A DNA stretch of 64,000 nucleotides. Source: Candidatus Tenderia sp. GTDB taxonomy: Bacteria > Pseudomonadota > Gammaproteobacteria > Tenderiales > Tenderiaceae. Below, one piece after another: positions 32,318 to 42,279 of the stretch (position 1 is its first letter; every line of letters starts with the position of its first letter). Location: NCBI GenBank assembly GCA_031416075.1, contig JANOSY010000088.1:1-64000 (forward strand), in the 5' to 3' direction. Position numbers and translations under genes: made by a program. The notes beneath the pieces were generated by a model, which saw nothing but the letters and a program-made list of their open reading frames with translations, was not told the DNA's origin and searched no databases.

Positions 32318-33406
32318 TTACCGGTAAATTTCACCCTTATCAGGCTCAGCATACTCCGCATTGATCGCCAGGATCTCAGGGAGCTTCTCCATAAACAGTT
32401 CAATAAGCCGTGGCTGAAAATGGTGGCCAGACTCCTTTTGCATATATGCCACCGCCTCTTCGACCGGCCAGGCATGTTTGTATGGCCGTACTGAGGTCAA
32501 GGCATCAAAAACATCTGCCACCGCCACAATTCGCCCCACCAGCGGAATCTGCTCACCACTAAAGCCGCTAGGGTAACCACTGCCATCCCATTTTTCATGG
32601 TGTGTCAGGGCAATCTCGCTCGCCATCGCCATCATCTCTGAATCATCCCCGGAGAGGATATCCGCCCCGATACGTGCGTGGCCCTGCATAATCGTCCACT
32701 CTTCCGCATTGAGCTTGCCCGGTTTTAATAGAATCTGATCAGGGATACCAATTTTGCCGATGTCATGCATGGGGCTGGCGTTCAGCAGCAGCTCACACTG
32801 CTCTTCATCCAGCCCAAACGCCCGCCCCAGCAGCGCAGATATCTTGCTCATCCGCAAAATGTGCATCCCAGTCTCATTATCACGATACTCGGCCGCCCGC
32901 CCCAGCCTGCGGACCACCTGCAGACGGGAGTCCTGCAGCTGCAACGTACGCTCCAGCACCCGTTCTTCGAGCTGCATGTTCTGTTGTTGCAAACATTTAT
33001 GTGCCAGGCGCATCTCCAGCAGATTACGGACCCGCATCGCCAGCTCAAAACGGTCAAACGGTTTTGTCACATAGTCACGAGCACCGCCCTGCAGCGCCCG
33101 GACTCTAAATTCCTGAGAGGACTGGGCGGTCAGCATTAAAATGGGGGCAAGGTTGTCGCCATGTTTAGCCTTCAGTCGCGCCATCACATCAAAACCATCC
33201 AGGTGCGGCATATTGATGTCGAGCAGCAACAGATCGACGTGATGCTGCTGGTAGAGCCGCTCCACCTCGCGTGAATCTCCAGTGGCAACCACATTGGTAT
33301 ACCCCTCCGCAGCCAGAATGCTGTTGAGCAGACAGATATTAACCGGCTCATCATCCACCACCAGAATCGACGCTGACTTTGTGTCCATATCAACCAGCTG
33401 CATCAC
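32318..33406 (-). CDS. REC-HD-GYP c-di-GMP phosphodiesterase (RpfG-like)
   Basis: ILVVDDE...LLDINMP...KPF receiver; HDIGKIG, HHEKWDGSGYP, ADVFDAL.S.RPYK. Confidence 0.92.
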   Translation of the reverse strand: MMQLVDMDTKSASILVVDDEPVNICLLNSILAAEGYTNVVATGDSREVERLYQQHHVDLLLLDINMPHLDGFDVMARLKAKHGDNLAPILMLTAQSSQEFRVRALQGGARDYVTKPFDRFELAMRVRNLLEMRLAHKCLQQQNMQLEERVLERTLQLQDSRLQVVRRLGRAAEYRDNETGMHILRMSKISALLGRAFGLDEEQCELLLNASPMHDIGKIGIPDQILLKPGKLNAEEWTIMQGHARIGADILSGDDSEMMAMASEIALTHHEKWDGSGYPSGFSGEQIPLVGRIVAVADVFDALTSVRPYKHAWPVEEAVAYMQKESGHHFQPRLIELFMEKLPEILAINAEYAEPDKGEIYR

Positions 33407-33526
33407 CTCACCCTATTTAATCAAATTCATCTATACCACCTACACACTCTCAACCCAGAAGAGTATCGACAGGGATCAACAAAATATTACCCGCACCCTC
33501 ACCACAACCCCCACTCAGACGGCGGT

Positions 33527-34000
33527 TTATTTGCGGCGTTGACGAAAAAAGCCGGTCAACAACATCGAGCACTCTTGTTCGAGCACCCCCCCCAGCAGTT
33601 CGGCCTGATGGTTGTATTGCCCCGAATTCAATACGCTAAAGCGGCTGCCCGCTGCCCCCCCTTTAGGATCATAAGCGCCAAATACTACCCGCGCCACCCG
33701 TGCATGAATAATCGCACCGGCACACATGGTGCATGGCTCGAGGGTAACATAGAGGGTAGTATCGATCAGACGATAGTTGGAGAGCGCCTGACCGGCGGCG
33801 CGTAACGCCTGCATCTCGGCATGGGCAGAAGGGTCGCTGTTGATGATCGGGCGGTTCCACCCCTCGGCGATCAGCTGGCCATGCCTGACCAGCAGCGCCC
33901 CCACCGGCACCTCGCCTTCACGTCCGGCCTGCTCGGCAAGACGCAGCGCACGGCGCATCCAGTAGTGGTCCGGCGATTCAAGCGTGAGGACGTCAGCCAT
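33527..34000 (-). CDS. tadA: tRNA adenosine(34) deaminase
   Basis: GEVPVGA, HAE, EPCTMC, FF..RR; start MADV at 34000. Confidence 0.95.
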   Translation of the reverse strand: MADVLTLESPDHYWMRRALRLAEQAGREGEVPVGALLVRHGQLIAEGWNRPIINSDPSAHAEMQALRAAGQALSNYRLIDTTLYVTLEPCTMCAGAIIHARVARVVFGAYDPKGGAAGSRFSVLNSGQYNHQAELLGGVLEQECSMLLTGFFRQRRK

Positions 34001-34328
34001 TAGAAACAGCTCCAATAACATTCCGGGCGGCCCGCACCAACTCATCCAACCCCTGTTTGTAACCCTTCATCTGCTGGACAAACGGCTCGTCAGGCACGGC
34101 ATCAAGGGCGGCATCAAGGGCCTGGTTCACTGCCAGACGGGATGGCTCAATCCGCTCCCCTTTCAGCAGACGCATCACACAACCAGCAATGTGGCTATCG
34201 TACGCCACCAGACCAGACTTCAGCCCGGCGGTGGCCACTGTCGCCCCGCTCGGAAAGGGGCGCTGCTGATGTATTCCAAACAGCCGCTCAAGCTCGCTCA
34301 TATCTGCATCTGCGCTAGAGGTCGCCAT
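33993..34328 (-). CDS. Putative immunity protein
   Basis: 111 aa; TGATG overlap with the upstream toxin-like gene; PFP...LVAYDSHIAG motif. Confidence 0.5.
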   Translation of the reverse strand: MATSSADADMSELERLFGIHQQRPFPSGATVATAGLKSGLVAYDSHIAGCVMRLLKGERIEPSRLAVNQALDAALDAVPDEPFVQQMKGYKQGLDELVRAARNVIGAVSNG

Positions 34329-36766
34329 CAGCTGTACCAGAACGAGTAGATGGCACCGGTTGGGGTGAAGGTGCCCCCCGGTGGACCCTGGATTTTTCTG
34401 CTGCTACGCCCCTCCTCATCTGTCCAGGCAAAATCACCGCCACCGCCCCAACAGGCCTGGGCATCCTGGGTATACTGCTCAACACTCTGTCCGGCCCCAT
34501 GTTTGTTGTGATGGTAGAAGATGCTCTCCATGGCATTGGTAAATGAACCTTGGCTCCAGCCCCCCTTGGAGAGGTGGGCACCCACAAGAACCGGCAGATT
34601 TTTACCCGGATGGGCCTGAATCAACCCCTTCAACACATCAATGCCATCACCATTACCCAAGTTCAATTGGTGATAGGCCGCAAGTACGGCGGTCGGGGTG
34701 GTGCTGCTATTGCTTACCATACTCCGAATCACTGCATCAGAGGCCAGACCCAACAAGGTGATCATGTCGGCCACCACATACCCCTTTGTCACCAGCCACT
34801 CCTCAAGCACATGTGCAGTAAAACCATCAGGGCGCGCAAGCAGGATTCTAAGCTGGGTAGAGTCGGCCTTGGTATACAGCTTCAACAGGGTTGCCGGATT
34901 GGGTTCATTAAAATCAACACGATCCAGCAGGAATACCAGATCGTCAGTGCTCCCTTTTTTGAGGAGTTTGGTGAGCTGTGCCTGGCTGACCTTGTCGCCA
35001 ATCAGGCCGAGCAACGCCTCACTATCCTCAAGATTGCCTGCGCCGTGGGTAAGCGCCCAGGCGCTCATCTCCACGCCATGGGCATTACAGAAAGTAGTTA
35101 ATTTTTTGACCGATACCTGTCCGACGGTGACGGCACGGTGCAACGCATCCAGGGCGTCGCCAAAAGGGAGCTGTGTATTCAAAAAATTGATGATCTCCGC
35201 TCCCTCTGCTGGCGCGGCGGCCATAGCGCTGGCCACCTTCAGGAGCTGGGGTGTCGCAACCCTGGCCGTAAGCTGATAACTGGCCACACTACGCGCTATC
35301 AGGGGGTCACAACCGGCCTGAATGGCAATCTCCAGCGCCTGTTGCAAGGTGGCAATGCCCGTGGCTACAGAGGTGAGTCCTATGGCCCACTGCGCCCGAT
35401 CCCGCTGGTCAAGCCCTGTCAACTGCGCACTGGTTTGCAACGCCGCCAGGGCCTCGGCAACCGGCTCCCGGCCACTAGCCAGCTGTAACGTCCAGCCCGC
35501 AAGTTCAACCCCGAGGCTGACACTCCAGCTGACCATAAACCCGCTCATCTCATCATGGCGCTGCTTTTTAAGGCCCGGTTTCTGGCCATCGGCACCGGTA
35601 ATCTTCGTCTCCTCCAGCAGAATATTCGCCTGCCCCTGAGTCCGGCCATCACTGTCAATTCTCCAGCCATTGACGCGGTCATCGTACGCCCCCTTCTTCT
35701 CCTTTTTTCCACGTACAGGCTTGCTGCCCGGATCAGCGGGAAGTCCGCTCTCCAGCCGCAGCTTCTCGGTCTGGGCATCCTGCTTGATCTTGTCCACCCC
35801 CTCCTGCGCGAGGGTATCGGACTGGCTTTCAGACCACCCCTCCAGCGCAAGGTCATAACCCCAAGTAGCCAACGTGGTCATACGCCCCGCAGCCGCGCTG
35901 ATATCAAATCCCTCTTCACTCAGCACCTGCTCAGAGACCACATCCGCCTTTGGATTGGCGCTGTAACTCGTCAGATACAGGGCAACATTAGCAGCGCTGG
36001 CAGCACTATTATGGACCAGTGGACAGGCACGATTCACAAGTGCGGCGGCACCACCGCCCGCCACCTGCAGCAGCTGTCCGAGTGCAACAAGCTGTGGCAC
36101 CGCCTGATCAACCCCGCCACACCGCGTACCCAACAGCAGTACCAGCTCCGCCAATGACGGACTATTGTTGGCCGCAGTCAGGGCCGTGAGCGCGGGCTGA
36201 AGCGCGGCATGTGCAGGCACGGCCGCCACGGAGAGCTGCCCGCCAAGCTGGATGAGATTACGGATGTTGGCACCGAGGGTATCGCCATCGGTGCTGGGGG
36301 CGGTCAGGCAGTCGTTATCCAGCTGGGTTCGCAGGGCATTCCAGTTGCTCACCGCCGGGTTGCCCAACTCCAGCAGCAGGCGGGCGGGCCAATGTTGTTG
36401 TAGTGTACTGAAGTCAGTACTGGCCTGCTGCACAGCCACTTGACCTAGAATAGTGGTTTTTCGATTGGCAACGATCATCTGGGCGCGGGTCAAGTCGAGC
36501 GGGGTGCCACGACGCTGAAGGGGGGCCTCCCGTAGCTGCAAGGCGCTGCCAAAGGTACGGGAGAGCTGCTGGCGCTGGGCCACCATGCCAGGGCTGGCAT
36601 GAATACTGGCGGCCAACCGACGCTGGGCAGTGGCGGCGGGGCGATTATCAACAAACAGGGGGTTCGCTGATGGTACACGGGCATCCTCAGGCTCAGATGC
36701 CGGATGGCGGTTCTGCCGCTCTGTTGATCTCTGTCCTGAATCCCGCATCCTGCGCCCACCATTCAT
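34328..36766 (-). CDS. Putative polymorphic toxin with C-terminal nuclease-like domain
   Basis: N-terminal FVDNRP...AQRRL...QRQ motif, helical body, C-terminal WSQGSF...SIFYHHNKHG...YTQDA...GGTFT..G.IYSFW. Confidence 0.55.
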   Translation of the reverse strand: MNGGRRMRDSGQRSTERQNRHPASEPEDARVPSANPLFVDNRPAATAQRRLAASIHASPGMVAQRQQLSRTFGSALQLREAPLQRRGTPLDLTRAQMIVANRKTTILGQVAVQQASTDFSTLQQHWPARLLLELGNPAVSNWNALRTQLDNDCLTAPSTDGDTLGANIRNLIQLGGQLSVAAVPAHAALQPALTALTAANNSPSLAELVLLLGTRCGGVDQAVPQLVALGQLLQVAGGGAAALVNRACPLVHNSAASAANVALYLTSYSANPKADVVSEQVLSEEGFDISAAAGRMTTLATWGYDLALEGWSESQSDTLAQEGVDKIKQDAQTEKLRLESGLPADPGSKPVRGKKEKKGAYDDRVNGWRIDSDGRTQGQANILLEETKITGADGQKPGLKKQRHDEMSGFMVSWSVSLGVELAGWTLQLASGREPVAEALAALQTSAQLTGLDQRDRAQWAIGLTSVATGIATLQQALEIAIQAGCDPLIARSVASYQLTARVATPQLLKVASAMAAAPAEGAEIINFLNTQLPFGDALDALHRAVTVGQVSVKKLTTFCNAHGVEMSAWALTHGAGNLEDSEALLGLIGDKVSQAQLTKLLKKGSTDDLVFLLDRVDFNEPNPATLLKLYTKADSTQLRILLARPDGFTAHVLEEWLVTKGYVVADMITLLGLASDAVIRSMVSNSSTTPTAVLAAYHQLNLGNGDGIDVLKGLIQAHPGKNLPVLVGAHLSKGGWSQGSFTNAMESIFYHHNKHGAGQSVEQYTQDAQACWGGGGDFAWTDEEGRSSRKIQGPPGGTFTPTGAIYSFWYS

Positions 36767-36835
36767 TACCGTGAAGAGATATCAAATCTCCGCTATACGT
36801 TAGTCACCACATCAGGGCGACAGATCAGCACCCGT

Positions 36836-38407
36836 TCACTCCCACTCGATGGTGCCGGGCGGTTTACCGGTAATGTCATAGACAACCCGTGAGATACCGG
36901 CCACTTCGTTCACAATACGGCGCGATACATGGTCGAGAAAAACGTAGGGCAGATGAGCCCAGCGGGCAGTCATAAAATCGACGGTCTCAACGGCACGCAG
37001 TGCCACCACATATTCGTAACGACGACCGTCCCCGGTAACACCAACGGATTTGACTGGCAGAAAGACCGCAAACGCCTGGGATGTTTTGTCGTACAGCTCA
37101 TGTTTACGCAGCTCTTCGATGAAGATGTGGTCCGCCAGACGCAGAATATCCGCGTACTGCTTTTTCACTTCACCCAGGATGCGCACCCCCAGACCGGGAC
37201 CAGGGAATGGGTGACGATAGACCATCTCGTAGGGCAGTCCCAGCTCAACACCCAGCTTCCGCACCTCATCCTTAAACAGCTCACGCAGCGGTTCCAGCAG
37301 CTTGAGCTTCATATTCTCCGGCAGACCGCCCACGTTATGGTGCGATTTGATGACATGGGCCTTGCCATTTTTAGAACCCGCCGACTCAATCACATCGGGG
37401 TAGATGGTCCCTTGCGCCAGCCACTTGGCTGAGGTGAGTTTGTGCGACTCTTCATCAAAGATCTCCACAAACAGGTTGCCGATCACTTTACGTTTCTTCT
37501 CGGGATCACTGACACCCGCCAGGGCATCCAGAAAACGCTGCTCCGCATCAACACGGATCACCTTGACGCCCATATGCTGGGCGAAGGTCGCCATCACCTG
37601 ATCCCCTTCGTTGTAGCGCAACAGGCCATTATCCACAAAGACACAGACCAGCTGTTTGCCAATCGCCTTGTGCAGCAGCGCCGCCACTACCGAGGAGTCA
37701 ACACCACCAGAAAGCCCCAGGATCACCCCATCACTACCGACCTGCTCACGAATAGAGGTGATAGCCGCCTCCGCGATATTGTCCGAGGTCCAGCTAGCAC
37801 CACAGCCACAGATCTCATGCACAAAACGCTCGAGGATGCGCTGCCCCTGACGGGTATGGGTCACCTCGGGGTGAAACTGGACGCCGTAAAAATGACGCGC
37901 CTCATCGGCCATGCCGGAGATGGGGGCAGATTCAGTGGAGGCCATCAGTCTAAAGCCCGGCGGAATCACCACCACACGGTCGCCATGGCTCATCCAGACA
38001 TCAAGAATGCCGTGCCCCTCATCCGTCGACTGGTCTTCAATATCATTTAACAGCGCCGTATGGCCAAAGGCACGCACTTCGGCGTAGCCGTACTCGTGGT
38101 GATCCGCATTTTCAACCCGCCCCCCCAGCTGCACCGCCATGGTCTGCATCCCGTAACAGATGCCAAAAACCGGCACCCCCAGCTCAAATACCAACGCCGG
38201 TGCGGTCGGGGCATCGGTCGCTACGGTGCTCTCCGGTCCACCGGAGAGGATGATTCCCTTGGGGGCAAAGGCACGAATATCGGCCTCAGCCATATCCCAC
38301 GGATGCAATTCACAATAGACCCCCGCTTCACGCACACGGCGACCAATCAGCTGGGTGTACTGAGAACCAAAATCGAGAATCAAAATACGATCAGAGTGGA
38401 TATTCAT
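36836..38407 (-). CDS. guaA: GMP synthase
   Basis: [39 protein letters not shown]. Confidence 0.97.
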   Translation of the reverse strand: MNIHSDRILILDFGSQYTQLIGRRVREAGVYCELHPWDMAEADIRAFAPKGIILSGGPESTVATDAPTAPALVFELGVPVFGICYGMQTMAVQLGGRVENADHHEYGYAEVRAFGHTALLNDIEDQSTDEGHGILDVWMSHGDRVVVIPPGFRLMASTESAPISGMADEARHFYGVQFHPEVTHTRQGQRILERFVHEICGCGASWTSDNIAEAAITSIREQVGSDGVILGLSGGVDSSVVAALLHKAIGKQLVCVFVDNGLLRYNEGDQVMATFAQHMGVKVIRVDAEQRFLDALAGVSDPEKKRKVIGNLFVEIFDEESHKLTSAKWLAQGTIYPDVIESAGSKNGKAHVIKSHHNVGGLPENMKLKLLEPLRELFKDEVRKLGVELGLPYEMVYRHPFPGPGLGVRILGEVKKQYADILRLADHIFIEELRKHELYDKTSQAFAVFLPVKSVGVTGDGRRYEYVVALRAVETVDFMTARWAHLPYVFLDHVSRRIVNEVAGISRVVYDITGKPPGTIEWE

Positions 38408-38486
38408 GTCAGATATGCTTCGCTGAAAAGGGGTCTGTTACAGCAGGTGCAACGCATAGCGCGCCACACCTGCCCCACGTGTGGAA

Positions 38487-39962
<1,476 letters not shown>

Positions 39963-39975
39963 TTAAAAGAGCGAA

Positions 39976-40005
39976 ATTATACGTCGCCAATGCCCTTTTG
40001 GTAAA
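39976..40005 (-). promoter_or_regulatory. Sigma70 promoter of guaBA
   Basis: TTTACC-18 bp-TATAAT on the minus strand. Confidence 0.55.
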
Positions 40006-40124
40006 GAGTGGGGCCCTGACCTTCGTGCCTACCCATGTTTACCCCCTAAAAAGCCACTCAGTCACCACTACCGCAAGAACAAATAGTCACATTGTGACAA
40101 TTTTTGGCGCTCGCAATAAAAATA

Positions 40125-40137
40125 CAACTGGTTGATT
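40125..40137 (-). promoter_or_regulatory. Candidate IHF site
   Basis: Minus strand AATCAACCAGTTG matches WATCAANNNNTTR, in an AT-rich context. Confidence 0.45.
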
Positions 40138-40384
40138 TTATTTATTTTTATAAAACAGTGGCAGCTATCTCAAAAAAACAAAACAAATGTGACACTTCAT
40201 GACACCTTTGTGGCTCTTTTCAACATCAAACACCTTTAATTCACTGAAGATCAATCAGTTATCTAACGCATTAACATTAAAAAAAATTAATAATCTTATC
40301 CCGCCTCAAAGCAAAGCTGCAGCCGATACAAAAAACCGTCCTATCTCATTGATTTTATATTTATTTACAACAAAAACCACAAAA

Positions 40385-40400
40385 TGGCTCATATATTGCT
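40385..40400 (+). promoter_or_regulatory. Sigma54 (-24/-12) promoter of the DUF11 operon
   Basis: TGGCTCATATATTGCT: GG-N10-GC with TTGCT, about 110 bp upstream of the first gene. Confidence 0.65.
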
Positions 40401-40512
40401 TTATATAGATTGAGTAAAAACAGTCGGAACAGCACCCATGTCATCCCCAGCAGTAGAACGCCAGAAACAGATATCCATGACACAGGAAAAACAACCTCAA
40501 GGAGCACTACAC

Positions 40513-40995
40513 ATGAAGATAGGCAATCTCATCACCCTACTACTGCTGGCACTGTCAGGCATCGGAGCAGCATTGGCCGACGGCGGCATTGAACTCACCA
40601 TGGTCGCTCAGGAGCAGATCATCAGCCAGGATGCCAATGGCAAACAGGTAATCACCCTAACCAACCCCGCCTCTGTTGTGCCCGGCGACACCATTGTCTA
40701 CACCACCCACTACCGCAACAAGGGCAAAGTAATTGCGGAAAACGTGGTGATCACCAATCCCATCCCCAGCGACACCGCCTATATCACCCACAGCGCTTCC
40801 CAGGCAAATGCCAGCGTCAGTTACTCCGTGGATGGTGGCAAGCAGTTTGATACTCCGGCCAACCTGACCATCACCGGCAGCGACGGCAAACCACGCCCCG
40901 CCACCGCCAATGACTACAGCCATATTCGCTGGACCCTGAAAAGCATCGCGCCCGACGCCAGTGGCAGTGTCAATTTTCACGCCCTGGTGCGCTAA
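40513..40995 (+). CDS. Small secreted DUF11-like protein (putative chaperone/cap)
   Basis: AAGGAG RBS, signal peptide ending ALA, PGDTIVYT..Y.N.G...ENVVITNPIP, YSVDGG, IRWTL..I.P..SGSV.F...V. Confidence 0.75.
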   Translation: MKIGNLITLLLLALSGIGAALADGGIELTMVAQEQIISQDANGKQVITLTNPASVVPGDTIVYTTHYRNKGKVIAENVVITNPIPSDTAYITHSASQANASVSYSVDGGKQFDTPANLTITGSDGKPRPATANDYSHIRWTLKSIAPDASGSVNFHALVR

Positions 40996-41212
40996 GCCAA
41001 ACAGACAATGAGGCATTTAAACATGGACCGCAACCCACCCACCAACAGCGCCTGCCGGGCGTTTTGTGACATTAAGATCCTGGCCCGAATCCGCGGATCA
41101 CCGCACTGACGACCACCATTGTTTCAATCTGACACGCAATAGAAGTTATCAGATGGGCGCGCGGGAAGTGCGCCAACCGAATCAGGGAAGATCCAGACAG
41201 GAGATTACGAGG

Positions 41213-42274
41213 ATGAATAAAATACAAACTAACCACAAAAGGCTCAGCATCGGCGTTGCCGGTTTGATGATTATGGCCGCATCACCACACGCCCTGGCGT
41301 TAACCGCCTCCGGCACCAACATCAGCAACAGTGCAACTGTCAATTATAATGTCTCGTCCACCCCACAGACCGCCATCACCAGCAATACTGAAACATTTAT
41401 GGTCGACGCCAAGGTGGATCTGACCGTTGCCGGCACAGGGGGCAATATCAACGTCACCCCCGGCACCACCGCACAGGTGTTGAAATTCACCGTCACCAAT
41501 ACTGGCAACGAGGCGTTTGACTACGCCTTAAGCGCTGTGGCAGGGACCTTGAACTTCACCCCCACCAACGTCGCCATCTACGTGGATGATGGCGATGGTA
41601 TCCGTAATGGCGCTGATACATTGACCAGCACCATCACCAATCTGGCAGCAGGCCTCGGCAAGGTGGTCTTTATCCAGGCCGACATCCCCGCCGGTGCCAC
41701 CAATACCCAGACGGCCAGCTACAACCTGAAGGCAGTGGCTGCCCTGGCCAGTGCGGCCGGGCCCATTCCTGCGGAAGCGGCTAACGTCAAAACCACCAAG
41801 CAGTATGTCTATGCCGACGGTGCTGGCAGTGCCCCAGGGGATGCCACACGGGACAAGACCCACTCCACCAGTCTGACCTACACGGCGGTCACCTCATCCC
41901 TGACCATCAGCAAAGCATCCGCCGTGGTCTGGGATCCGGTCAATCTCGGTGTCAGCCCGCTGCATATCCCCGGCGCAGTGGTGGAATACACCATCACCAT
42001 CAGTAACGGTGCCGGTGGCGCTCAGGCCGATGCCATTGTGCTCACCGATACCCTGGCAGCCAATCTGACCATCCCCCCTACCAGCAATAACTTTGCTGCT
42101 GGCAGGTCGATGCAGATCACCTCACCCAACCTTTACTCGGGTGCGGCAACGGCCCTGACTGACGCCAGTGATGCGGATCAGGGGACGGTGGCCGGGCAGC
42201 TGGTGACCGTCAACGGCATTGTGTTGACGGCCGGACAGTCGGCAACCGTCAAAATCAGGGCTGAAATTCAGTAA
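41213..42274 (+). CDS. Secreted DUF11-domain protein (putative major pilin)
   Basis: Signal peptide ending HALA; mature N-terminus LTASGTNISNSATVNY; C-terminal LTISK...PGAVVEYTITISN...VLTDTL domain. Confidence 0.75.
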   Translation: MNKIQTNHKRLSIGVAGLMIMAASPHALALTASGTNISNSATVNYNVSSTPQTAITSNTETFMVDAKVDLTVAGTGGNINVTPGTTAQVLKFTVTNTGNEAFDYALSAVAGTLNFTPTNVAIYVDDGDGIRNGADTLTSTITNLAAGLGKVVFIQADIPAGATNTQTASYNLKAVAALASAAGPIPAEAANVKTTKQYVYADGAGSAPGDATRDKTHSTSLTYTAVTSSLTISKASAVVWDPVNLGVSPLHIPGAVVEYTITISNGAGGAQADAIVLTDTLAANLTIPPTSNNFAAGRSMQITSPNLYSGAATALTDASDADQGTVAGQLVTVNGIVLTAGQSATVKIRAEIQ

Positions 42275-42279
42275 CGCTG

